From: Ostrea edulis
Lineage: Eukaryota
Reading direction: 5' to 3'
DNA length: 64,000 bases
Assembly: GCF_947568905.1 (NCBI RefSeq)
Contig: NC_079164.1
Location: 36,580,001 to 36,644,000, forward strand
Numbering within the stretch: position 1 is the first letter of the stretch; each line of letters begins with the position of its first letter. A program made the position numbers and the translations under genes. Of the stretch, positions 36,564 through 48,926 are shown one piece after another. Under the pieces are notes generated by a model. It was not told the origin of the DNA. It was given only the letters and a program-made list of their open reading frames with translations, and made no database searches.

Positions 36564-36709
36564 ACAGTTAAATCAAAACTAGAACATTTCCCCCTCGGTG
36601 CTAGGAACAACTCAATATGTTACCCTTGGGCAATAGAACACATTGAGCTGTTCCCAGCACCTTGGGAAAATAGTCTGGTCCCTTGATTGATCACACATTA
36701 AATAACTGT
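36564..36709 (-). mobile_element. Small hairpin-bearing element (84-nt fold-back 36587-36670)
   Basis: ggtgctaggaacaactcaatatgtt pairs with aacacattgagctgttcccagcacc; 7-bp inverted ends acagtta/taactgt. Confidence 0.6.
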
Positions 36710-36711
36710 AT

Positions 36712-37450
36712 ACTGTCGACAGTCACTGCCATATACCTATCTGTCAACTGCCAAATAACTCTCTGCCGGCAGCCATTTTAACTGTCAATCGACTGGCATA
36801 TTCTGTTGGTGCCAAGTTAGAAAAATACTGGTATTTTATTTGGTGTTCGAGAACCAGTTTATCTAACAGCAGTCATATAACAATCTGTCGACTGTCCAAT
36901 AGCTATTTGTCGACTGTCCTATAGCTATTTGTCGACTGTCCTATAGCTATTTGTTGACTGCCCTATAACAATCTGTCGACTGCCCTATAACTATTTGTCG
37001 ACTGTCCTATAGCTATTTGTCGACTGCCCTATAGCTATTTGTCGACTGCCCTATACATGTAACAATCTGTTGACTACCCTATAGCTATTTGTCGACTGCC
37101 CTAAAACAATCTGTCGACTGCCCTATAGCTATTTGTCGACTGTCATATACATGTACATAGGTAATTATCTGTTGACTGTCATAAAACTGTCTACCGTCTG
37201 CCAACAAACTATATGCCAGCACCGTCTGCCAACAAACTCTATGCCAGCATCCATTTAACTATATGTCGACTACCAAATAACTTTCTGTCGACACCATATA
37301 CCTATCTGACGACTGCCAATTGATTATCAATCAGGCTGATGTTCATATAACTATCTGTCCACAGTCAAATAATTATCTAACGGCTGTTATAATAACCTCT
37401 TGTCATATATCGACTGCCATATGGATATAACTATCTGCGGTACAGGTACG
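36712..37450. repeat. 22-bp GTCGAC-containing minisatellite (agctatttgtcgactgccctat), homogeneous core 36880-37145
   Basis: Direct reading; degenerate on both sides. Confidence 0.9.
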
Positions 37451-37567
37451 AGAGACGACGGTATATCGGAGATGCACTGTACACCTCGTATTTTATACGG
37501 CGTGCATACATATTTAATAGACAGGTTATTCAATTATCAACATCCAACTCTACCAGAGTAAGGTTAT

Positions 37568-37598
<31 letters not shown>

Positions 37599-37610
37599 TT
37601 AGAGTCTTAC

Positions 37611-37708
37611 CTTTTTACATCTTCGTCAAACATTAAAGATCTCGTCTTAATCGCCGATGCTGATTAGCACTCTCCAAAGATTTGATATATCGGAATACGT
37701 GACGTCAC
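37611..37708 (-). promoter_or_regulatory. Candidate NOS alternative first exon/promoter with palindromic CRE
   Basis: Donor AAAAAG|GTAAGA at 37611/37610; GTGACGTCAC at 37699-37708. Confidence 0.35.
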
Positions 37709-39435
37709 AGTACCTCCGTACACGGTAGTCAATGGACATTTCTTGGGTTAAACCATGAGCTACCTTATCACAACAGCCTACAATGAATAACACAATAAAT
37801 AGGTATATTCGGCCATTACCACATCGTTACAAATTATCTGTGAACAAGACGGGGAATCGTCGACGGAAATTACAGAATGACTCAAAAATATGGTTCAATG
37901 TATAGGTAAATACTTCGGCCTCATTCTGTACATTTTTGCTTTGAATGCCGTATTAGTCTACAACTTTGTGTATGGATTGTAACCCTAACGGTTCCCCTTC
38001 GCCGTCCATCCTCCACCCCGAGCTTAAGGGGTCTAACCTTAAAGTAATCACCTACGAAACAGTGTTTATTCAACACTACTTCAAAAGTTGATAAGGGAAT
38101 CATGCGCCCGGTTTATGTCCCATTTCGTTTGCACAGTATTAAAATTACAATCAGTTAAAACTTCACACTCTAACATTAAACTGTAAACCCAATTTATCGA
38201 TAAATTGATTTATTGACCAGTGATGAATCGGTTTTACGGAATGTGAGGGTGTACGTTTGCGTGCTGGTATTTCTCTTTATCATTTTGATTTTGTTTAATG
38301 TTTGTATTGAACAATGAAGTTGACGAATACACTTTTTAATCGTTTCTCAAATATCCTGTACGATAATTTGATTCCTAAAGAAGTTATATATATAGAAAAC
38401 TCCCATCCTTACCTTTCATGATTTTGTTAATTTGTTTGCGGAATTACGACTATGCTAAACGTATGGAGAATTTTTTAGGATTTTTAAAGAACTATGTATG
38501 ATTTGATAAACTCATATCTTAATAGCACAATGCCAAATTAAAGATTGAAACTTTGGCAGTTATTACAATGCAATGAATTATAAGAAATATAATGATATTT
38601 TGGTTGAAAGGTTAACATTCAGCTTTTTATATTCAATACCAGTTACTAAATTTAGAACGAGTAACTTTTTACAGTCCGAATAACGATGACACATAACATG
38701 CTGACATTGTTTTGCTGTCGAAAATAAAAACAACCTTGACACACCTACACGTAGTATGTACAAATTATTTGTGGAATATTTTATTGCGATGGGTGTTGGG
38801 GCTGCTTTGCATATAATGCAGAGTGGAAATAGCTTCTATAGACTACGATAAGATAATACCCAATAAGAAACCGTTACTATTTATCTCGTGCTCTACCAAT
38901 AAATAAACTGTTTAACTTCTCGCAAATCTAGCTCTTCACCAATCAATGATGAAGGATCGTTACCATATTGGAAAGTCATTGTACATATTCTAGTCTTTAC
39001 TATCGCATGTACGACTATCGAACAACGTTCCTTGTTTACGACAACCAGAGACACTCAACGAAATCCAGGACAACACGGAAGAACGACGCAGAGTTCATTG
39101 ACTAGCTTTTGTCCTCTGTTATCTCTGAGATGTTATATGGGCCTGATTTTTAAAATATCTTCTTTTATCTTCACATGAATCAGTTACACTTTCGTAAAAC
39201 CGAGGGATCTTTGGGTGTTGATGCCATTATTGTTCATAAATATCTGGAACAATTTGTTACGTAAATACGAGACATTTGCGATAGTCAGCAAGGTTATGAA
39301 ACGAGAAAAGCAAATAGCGCCTAACGATTAGGTTATGGAACTTAATTCCCACTGCTCAATTTGCTTCATTTAGTACCTCATCATAAACACCAGTGTTCAG
39401 GGGTTATATTATGTGAAATTCGCTACCGCTTTTTA

Positions 39436-39563
39436 TGAAAATTGAAGATAAACAGTGATCAATCTCATAAATCCCATAAAGATTACAAAATTAAGAGCAG
39501 GGCAAACACAGACCCCTGGACACACCAGAGGTGGGATCAGGTGCCTAGGAGGAGTGGGCATCC
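39436..39563 (-). mobile_element. Family A copy (5'-truncated)
   Basis: gaagataaacagtgatcaatctc...accagaggtgggatcaggtgcctaggaggagt. Confidence 0.85.
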
Positions 39564-41239
39564 AGTAATAACGACATTGTTTCCATTCAGCAAATCACAA
39601 AACAGCAGTAAAAAGTAAAAAACTTCACTTCAGTGACTGTTTTGTAATCATATTACTTGATTTTGTAGTTGTAAAAGTACTTTTTAAACTAGAAACGTAG
39701 TTCCCGAGAAAATTTGACTCTAATACTTCACAGAAATAAACCAATATGGATCGAATATTCTCTCGCATTAGCTAAGTAAATTCATGGAAATTATCAGTGT
39801 ATGCAGTACCAACACAGACTCTTTACACATAAATGTAGACTTGAATTGCCGTCTAAGTTTTGAAATACATAATTTTACATTTTGCATTGCAGAGAAAGGT
39901 AAAGCAGAAAATTCAAAGAAATGGACAACAGAAGACAAGTATATGTATGGATTCAGTCCTTTTCATTGAACAGACGCCGATATATCGCGGGAGCACCTGT
40001 TGTTTGTTATTATACGAGTAAAGTTTGTAGTAAAGAACCTTATACCTATATGTATTATTTGAAATCAATACACCGACACAAAAGTTCGTAAAATTGACTA
40101 ACTGTTGCACGTTCAAAGAATATCATTAACAAATAACAATACATGAACGTCACACGAAGCTGAAAAATTTATTCCAAAGGTAGTAATCATCAGACTATGT
40201 AAAAATATACTCTTAAAACGTCATCCATTGCAGCAAATTACTTGTACTTACATTCCACAGTAAGTGTACGTAAACTACAAAGTCTATATACCACATGTAT
40301 GTGTTAATCCAGACTGCTGTGGGTGGTTACACACTCGGCGAAACTTCGTTAACGACCCAGACCTATACGTCAGCCGTCACCCAAACCGCCAGCTACAATC
40401 TGTTCACAGCGCCATCAGCTGATGATGCTCACGTTCACTGATTGTGTGTGTTTATAGCCAATCTAAAACAAGCAGCTCGGATATCTTCTTATGAATTAAT
40501 ACTTAATTCAAAACGATCGCAAGATTTATTTTGGAGTGGTTGTAAGTGTTTGACTAATTTAGAATTAAAAAATTATACTACAAAGAGAATGTACTGGGTC
40601 TCTTTGAACAATTATTGCTTTCTTGGTTTTTTTTTTCTCGTTTTTTTTTTCTTCTTTTTTGTGAACTGTTCAATTGATTATTACAAATCATTGCAGTTCC
40701 GTGTTGAATATACATGTAGTACGGTTTGATTTTTACAACAACACGTGTGCGTCACGTAAAGTTTTATCCTAACACAGGCGCGGATTCAGAACTCTCGCCG
40801 AAGTGTGAACCATGAAACGAAGGTTGTAATCCCACGTAGATCAATCTAAAGTTGTGTGCAGTGGTGACACTGTGGCCCTTTTTGTCAAAAGTGCAATGAA
40901 CTGTGTGTATAAATAGAAATAACACCCACATTAGCAATGACATGTCAATCACACGATTACACAATTACACATGCATTCCTTTAATCTTAACTGGGAATAA
41001 ATCATGCTTTGGAAAAAACAAGAAATGTTTTAGAATACATGTATGCCCCCGTAGAGCAATATTGAAAAGTTAGGAAGCCTGTAATTATAGGGGAGAATAT
41101 GGATTATCTACCATAACACTACATATTTGTAAGTTTGATCTCTTTGGTTCTAAAAAATGCTAAACTGTATTATTTATACCCAGAGTGAATTAATTTATGA
41201 TCTTGAGAGAATGAAATGGTATCAAAATACCATTGCCAA

Positions 41240-41875
41240 TGGGGTCATCTACTCTTTCGAGAATACCAGTGTATCAGGTTTGATGACTATCATGCAAAAG
41301 GTTCACAAGATATCGAGAAGACAAATTTTTTCATGACCAGAGTAGTTTGACCTTTGGCCATGTTACCTAAAAATCAGTAGAAGTCATTACTCCTTATAGT
41401 GTGCCAAATTTGATGTATGTCAAGACCAAAGGGGTCAAAAGATATTGAGTGGATAATATCTTCCTCTGTCTAAAGTAGTTTGACCCTTGACTTTGTGAAC
41501 TCAAAATCTATGGAAGTCGTCTACGTTTTAGGTAAAATCAATGTACCATGCAAGTCTGATATGTGAAAAGCTACGAGTTCGAAAGATATTGAGCAGGCAG
41601 TGCCTTATCATATTCCAGTTTGATCCTTGAACTTTGGCGTTGTGACCTCAAAATCAATAGAAAACATCTACATCTTGCATGTAGGAGCAGCCAGTGTACC
41701 AAGTTTGATGTAGACCTGACAGGCAAGGCGTTCTCAATATATTGAGCAGAAAACATTTTCCTACGTCCAAAGTAGATTGACTCTTGACCTTGTGACCTAA
41801 AAATCAACAGGGGTCATCTACTCTTTCGGGGAAACCAGTATAACAAGTTCGATGTCTGTCAAGCAAATGGTTCTT
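41240..41875 (+). repeat. Array of ~5 diverged ~120-130-bp units, typical of Helentron-associated (HINE/pearl-like) central repeats
   Basis: Repeated tgacct.aaaatcaa.aggggtcatctact...ccagtgtaccaagtttgatg...aagatattgagc...; classification from recall. Confidence 0.7.
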
Positions 41876-44270
41876 TTAAAAATATTGTCAAGAGGGCATC
41901 AAAATTGTAGAAATGGAACCGTGCATGCCATTGATATTATTGTTTTGTGTTCATCAATCTACTCTTGAGGTGGAGCATTCTCTCGTATAGACTCCATGCC
42001 TGAACTTATTATACCCGGGTGTCTGTATAAGTATTGGTCCATATACTATATAGTAGTAAAGCAATCACCCCACGAAGGACAAGGTTGTCTTGAGGAAGCC
42101 TTTCCAGAAATATCCGTACGCATAAGTTTTAAAAGTTACGTCCTTTTTCCGCCATCTTGCGGTAGAAAAAAATATTTATTTTGTAATTTTCTGATTTATA
42201 GCTTTGGCATTCATTATTTTTTCATCAACTGCTATCAACTACCATATCCCGGGGTAGAGCAATCCATAAACTTGTATGAAAACTTAAAGATTAGGTGAAA
42301 TTCACAGTTGTAATCTCTTGCATTTGGCTGGGGAAAACTTTGCTTTTCATCGATTGACCCTTGGTTGACCCCGCAGTGGGAGGTAATTCATATTAGTGTT
42401 TGATAGGTGTATTATGTACTATCATCGGCAATACTGACGTCAGGAAATAATATTTTCGATATCTCTTTTGTTCCGAGTACTGGTAAATATCGGATTCAAC
42501 TTTGGAAAATAGCAGTATATAACAGAAGCTGCATCACGAAAACAAGTTCCTATAAAGTTATATTACATACTGTACCCTCCCATAAAAACTGGGCGTTATC
42601 CTAATTACATGTAAGATATGTCGGATTTCATTTAAAGCTATAGTTTTACATGTAATAAACAATTTTGAGTTAAATATTTGCATCGCATATAAGTGGAGGT
42701 CAATTTGAAATACATATATTTGTAATTTACTGAAAATGTGTGAACCCTTGAAATTTCCATGATTTTTTTTGGGGTCTGAGGCGGATAGAAAATGAAGTCG
42801 GCAGCCATCTTTATTAATCACTGTGTTAAGACTTAAAACAGGTACCGGAAGTGGATTAAAGGTAACATAACGTTAATGGAAACTCGCTTTCGAAAAAACA
42901 GTTAATAACATGGTTACACAGAAGTTAACACCAAGATAACACCGTGTTAAAGTTAACCACCATTCGAAAAACTGGGCCCTGTACAGTAACTGAGCTTAAT
43001 AATAATTTGTGAAGTGTTAAAGAAAAGTTTGAAAGAAGAAAGAGGAAACGTTTTCCCATGAAATACATTAAATATTTAGCTGTATAGTCGTGATTGTCAA
43101 TTACGGAATTACAGGTAATATTATAGACCATTCTCACAGAGATTAAAGAGACGCAACAATACCCAATAATGAGTTGAATGTGTGGGGGATGCCCAATGTT
43201 AGTTTCACTTTGTAGCATTTCAGACGTCCACTTATGAAATGGTACTTTTGATCATCACAATGCCTGCTAATTTAAGGCATCTAAATAGACTATAAATACA
43301 TAAAACTACGCTTTTTCGAAATACCATCTTAAGAGTACGGGTGCTTATATTCATAGATTTATTCTGTAACATAAATATTCTAAAATTATATTTTTAAGTC
43401 AACAGTTATGAACTACATCAACTACAGCACGTTGTAATCTTCAAAAAAGCATTAATAATAAACATTTTCATCTTGACTTGTCGGAAAGGAGGCAGGAAAT
43501 ATGCAAAGTAGACTATTTTTAGCGGAATTAACGCGTTTGTTGTTTTCCATCCTTTCGAGCATTTTTATCGTTTTTGCGTAATTAACGTGTGGCCATATAC
43601 TGTAATAATATCATACAGTAAAATGTACGCCAACAGGATTTCAACGATGAAAGAATTCTTCTTCAGATAAGTTTCAAAAACAAATTAAAACAGTTTATAT
43701 TTACCTACCTTGCTATGAGTAATATCCACACAAACGTGGAATCATTTCGAACAATGCCTGGCAGTCCACTGAAACCTCAGACAGAAGATAAGTATATAAT
43801 TTTCAGATCGTCGGAAAACACATTATCGGATCAGTCGATCTATACCTGTAACCTAAACGCCAGTCCTTGAGCGCATGTGTCCTGGGCAAAGAGAGCCATT
43901 AGCGCAATAGTCTTATCGTAAACCTTGGCTTCTCCTACAATAAGAATACCTTAAGAAACCTATTTCGTATACAAAGCAACTGACATCCTAAGGAATCACC
44001 GTTAACTTTAAGAATTTATTTCGTAATCTTACCTCGTTTCTCATTACGAGCTTAATTCTTCAACAGACTTCATTTTTGTAGATTTAAGTCTCAATTAGAA
44101 AACTTTCAGATATAATATTTCATACCAAGTCTTACACTAATTGATTTGGCATGCGGCGAGTGTAAGTCTAGTTAATGAATTTTAAGTTCATGGTGCTGTT
44201 TAGCATTAGTAGGGGCCCTACTAGCATTGGAAAAACCACACACGGCCTTTTCTCTGAAGTTCAAAGCTTC

Positions 44271-44405
44271 AAACGGCAGAAATCGTCATCAAATTCTGCA
44301 GAAATCGTCATCAAATTCTGAAAGTTCAAGGCATCAAACCGCAGAAATATTATCAAATTCTAAAGCTCCAAGTCTTCCAACCGCAGAAATCGTCATCAAA
44401 TTCTA
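44271..44405. repeat. Short tandem repeat with gcagaaatcgtcatcaaattct core x4
   Basis: Direct reading. Confidence 0.85.
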
Positions 44406-46163
44406 AAAATTAGTTTAGTTTGCTATTGTGACCTTTAACTCAAGAGACATATACTTTTATACTCAAAGAATGGATTTTAGTTTGGTCAATCATCACAGTA
44501 TAATGGATTTCTAATGTATCTTAAAATCATCGGGCAAGCGTGTTTTCTATCCATTACATTTTTTGCGTTCTGTTAATTAACTATTGCCCCTAATTAACTT
44601 TTCCGGAGAGTTTTGAGACCTATGTAACTCCTGCACATTTTTTCGCACCAATGGTCGATATTAGCAAGCGATAAATGTAAATGATCTCATTTCACAGGGG
44701 AATAAGGATCTACGTCATTCCTATCATTAAAAGTGTAGACGTCTGTTGAATTTCCTCCATTGTCACTGAAGAAGGTACAGATCTATCTAAGCTCCCTCGC
44801 TTAAGTCTTCTTCCGCTATACTAGTAAACACTAACAATAAAACTGTTATTATGACTTACTATAGAATAAAGTTTGATACTTTAGTGAACTATAATAAACA
44901 CTTTGATTTTTTTTATTTATTTATTTTTATTTTATTTTATTTTATTTATTTATTTATTTTATTTTATTTGGATAATTTTTTTTATTTTTGTTGTTGATGA
45001 TAATTTGACTTAAGAAAACTGTAGGTGATATTTTTGAAAATTTATCTTAGATGGAGCTGATATTTCAACATATGTATTAAAACATATGATAGTTTATTGC
45101 AGCAAATACTTTCATCTATTAAAACGTTGATATACTATAGATAACGGATTAAAAATTTGGATTGACTTTTGTAAAATTGAGATACAATAGTTAAATCAAT
45201 AAAAAAAAAACTTGCAACATAGGTTGTATCTAGTAATATTACAGAAACTCACCCTGAAATTTTAGTTTAAATTACACACGTGGACTTCCTTGAAGCTATC
45301 AGTTTTCAGTTCAAATGGGACTATAATAATTGATTTGAAGGAAGGTCTGATGAATTCATTGACGTTAAAATCTCCGGAAGTCCTTCCAATGACATGTATC
45401 AATAGGCCATTACTCAGGTAGAGTGTCGAAGTTTGAATGGAATTGGTAGGGGCTTTTTTGAAAGAATGAATATTTGTAGATAGAGGTTTTATGCATTTAG
45501 AATTATAAATTAAGACCTCCATGCACCTCACTTTCATACCCAGATGCCATGTATTTCATTTGAGGAAACAAACATGCATGTGGTATCTGTATAATTGAGA
45601 ATTTTAGCAAAATGAATGGAATTTTGATATTTGATTTGCAAGGGCTTAGCTCCATATATGGATTTCTCAATTACGATAGAAGATATTTTGCTAATCAAAA
45701 TCATTCCTAAGAAATTTTTCAAAATTTATTCTCAAAATTTTTAATGGAGGGGGTGGGACCCAAGTTTGTATCTTTTCCACCCAACAAAGGGGGAGGGAGG
45801 AGGTAAAGCCCCCAAATGGCAAAAATTACCTTTTATAAAAGAAATACACATTCAGCGAAGGTGGGGGTTGCAACTCCCGTAATCCCCCTCTAGATTCGCC
45901 CTTACAATGTATCTAACTTATTAACTCAATGGAACCCCAATGGCAAACCCTCGAATAATGGATGTATACCTCATATGACGAGATACAGATGTTATCTGAT
46001 AGTTAACTTAGAGTGGAGCAAACTCCTAGAATTAAATAAACTTTAAGACTTGTAACATTATCATTGCAGGGTTAGGTCCCTTCCTCCAAGACTCTAAACA
46101 GCTCTGGCCCCGGAACCATAAAACTTAACTTACTTCTGGTCTAAGTCTCTTTATAAAATTACA

Positions 46164-46360
46164 TTCTGATTTTACTGCGGATTATTCCGTTCACCTGATC
46201 AAGATATCGGGCTCACGGCGGGTGTGACTGGTCAACAAGTGATGTTGCCCCTCCTGGGTACCTGTTCCCGCCTTTGGTGTGTCCTGGGGCCCGTGTTTTT
46301 CCTATTCTTGATTTTGTATAGGGTTTATAAATTTGATCACTGTTCGTTAAGTTTACTTTC
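46164..46360 (+). mobile_element. Family A copy (diverged)
   Basis: acctgatcaagatatcgggctcacggcgggtgtgactggtcaac...ttgatcactgttcgtt. Confidence 0.83.
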
Positions 46361-47253
46361 GTCAAAGTTTTACCTGCGCGGCTCAGAAATCGTTAGAGTT
46401 AAGCATCGAAAAATGTTACATCATAAATTGCAACATTTAGAGCTGTTATTCCTAAAGGATATTGGGCACTCTTATTACACGGTTAATTCCTCCATTTTCT
46501 CTTGCAAACACATTTTCCACGTTAAATGATAATAGATCCAAACATAGCTGTAACACGCGTCAAGATAGCGCAATAACACAATTATCTGTTAGTGCATTTC
46601 ATATACACATGAACAGAGAGCTAGGTACCCTCTGACCAGCGTGCAGTTTGTTAAAGGTATAGTATTCCAAGCAACAAAAAAAATGCTTCTTGACATGTTT
46701 TTTTTTAATTTTTGCTCGTTCTCTGAGAACGCAGTAACTAGCCCAAGGGTCATGAATGCCACAATTCTCGTTCTTCTTATAGGACAGGCAGCTAATTTTA
46801 TGACAATTTACATGTTTTGATTCCTATTATCAATATTTTGTATCTTCCGGGAATGGGGGGTCAGCTTGCATAATACGATGCCAAATTGATATGTCCAATA
46901 TTCACTATTCTCCTGACCCCCTATATATTTTGTATATACATCTGTACATTTACATAATGAATGACAAGTTTCAATTCAGATGGTGTTAGGTTTTGCCTGC
47001 CTCAAGCAATAGCAAAGCAAAGTCTCCTTGGCAATGTTTTAATGTCGGAACATCAATAGTATTTTGTCACAATGTACCAAATTAGAGAAGATATTAATAG
47101 ATAAAATGTACTTTTACCTATTTAGCTCCTTCCTAGTGTGTGAACCGTTGGCACTGGGGTACGGGAATTTCTTATTTTGTTACAAGGCGGCATGCTCCTC
47201 ATGAGCATGCGTAAAGTATTTATTCACTATAAACAGAAGTAAAGAATGAAAAT

Positions 47254-47452
47254 AAAGTGAAGACAACGCACAGTGATCAACTTCATAAATCCTCCGCAGA
47301 ATACAAAATTATGAGTAGGGCAAACATGGACCCCTGGACATACCAGAGGTGGGATCGGGTGACTATGATGAGTAAGCATCCCTTGTTGACAGGTCACACC
47401 CATCGTGAAACGGGTAAACAGAATCCGTAGTTAAAATCAGTATGGAAAGAAC
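47254..47452 (-). mobile_element. Family A copy (short internal deletion)
   Basis: agtagggcaaacatggacccctggacataccagaggtgggatc... Confidence 0.85.
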
Positions 47453-48708
47453 GCATTCTCTATAGACACATATTTGAGCCCCGCCCTAATGCCCAAAACA
47501 CTGGGCTTGGGGCTTTTATAAAAATTGGTAGACAACCACATGCTTTTTATGCAGAAGAAATGGAGAATTCCTTTTAAATATAAAATGTATTTTCACTATA
47601 AATCTATTTGGGTCCCGCCCTAGACCATACAAGAATTTGACAATTGTAGTAAAGGCTTGGACATGATTTTGTCCAGACAAAGTTGTGTACCTGATATATT
47701 CATCATTATTGGACAATACTCCCGGGGGGAGAGGTATTTGTCAAATTCTGGACAGTTCCCCCTTTATTCATTTTTCTATTGTTGTGTTATGTCTGTAGAT
47801 AATGATTTATTGTTGGTATCGTATCCGATTTTAATGTCCATTGACCTATTTTCACTGAATCTTTGAAATGTCTAATTTACTGCTCAATTCAGGATAAAAA
47901 AAAATCTGTGCTGGTAGACAATGAGCTGATTTGTTTTTATTTTGCTGTATTCGACGATAATGAGCAGATTTTAGTATGTTTTTTATATTGATGACTTTCA
48001 TACATAGTTCAAATTTCATGTCGATTGACCTATTTTCGCTAGTTATTGCCTTAAGCTTATCGTTTCATTTGCATTCAATGTTATGTTCACATCCTTGGAG
48101 TTTTAGATATTTTAAACTTGATTGTCAGCGGGGGCATTCGTGTCATTCTGACAAATCAAGTTGTACCTGAATCAAGAAAACCATTAAAGATTGCATTCTT
48201 ATAGGATTTTACCTCTACCCTAACAACAGAATTTGCCCCCCCCCCCCCCCCCCCCCCCCCACACACACACACCCCGGAGTTCATAGTTTTGGCAGAGGCA
48301 GCCCTGTTCATTATAACTATAAATACAGTTGTCTGCTAGTTGTTCCCGAGTAAAGAACACTTTTAAAGATCACATTATTTTAAAGGGTTTTCACCCCACC
48401 CCTCAGGGGTGCAATGACCATTAAATTCACGTTTTTACTTCCCCTTACTTCAAAACTGTTCCATACGAAATTTGATGAAAAATTATCATGTACTTTCATG
48501 TTGATTGTGTTATTTTTGTATATAGCGTCTTTGTACTGATTCAATGATCAGTTTTAAAACCGAGACATCCTACAAACAAATAACTTGATATTGCAGGGGT
48601 TTCAACAGTCTAATAGAAATCCCGCATTTCGCAATTCTATGACCATTATAATGATTTAATTTGCATATACAACATATAATAACGTTGATTGCTGTTTGAC
48701 ACAATCCG

Positions 48709-48926
48709 TGTTAGGCCGTTCATTGGATATAATGATTTTGACTGTGGGTTACTCCGTTTACCTGATCAAGATGTTCACATCAGGTGTGACCGTTCAACAG
48801 GGGATGCTTAGTCATCCTGGGCACCTGGTCCCACCTCTTGTGTTCCCAGGGGTTCGTGTTTACCCTGCTCTGAATTTTGGTACGATTTACGAGATTTATC
48901 ACTCTTCGTTATCTTCACTTTTCATT
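48709..48926 (+). mobile_element. Family A copy (diverged)
   Basis: ttactccgtttacctgatcaagat...ggtgtgaccgttcaacaggggatgctt...ttcgttatcttcacttttc. Confidence 0.83.

Noticed and set aside
40419-40425. CTGATGA hammerhead core (also at 10211 and ~58124)
   Set aside because: No stem II followed by GAAA and no closing stems.
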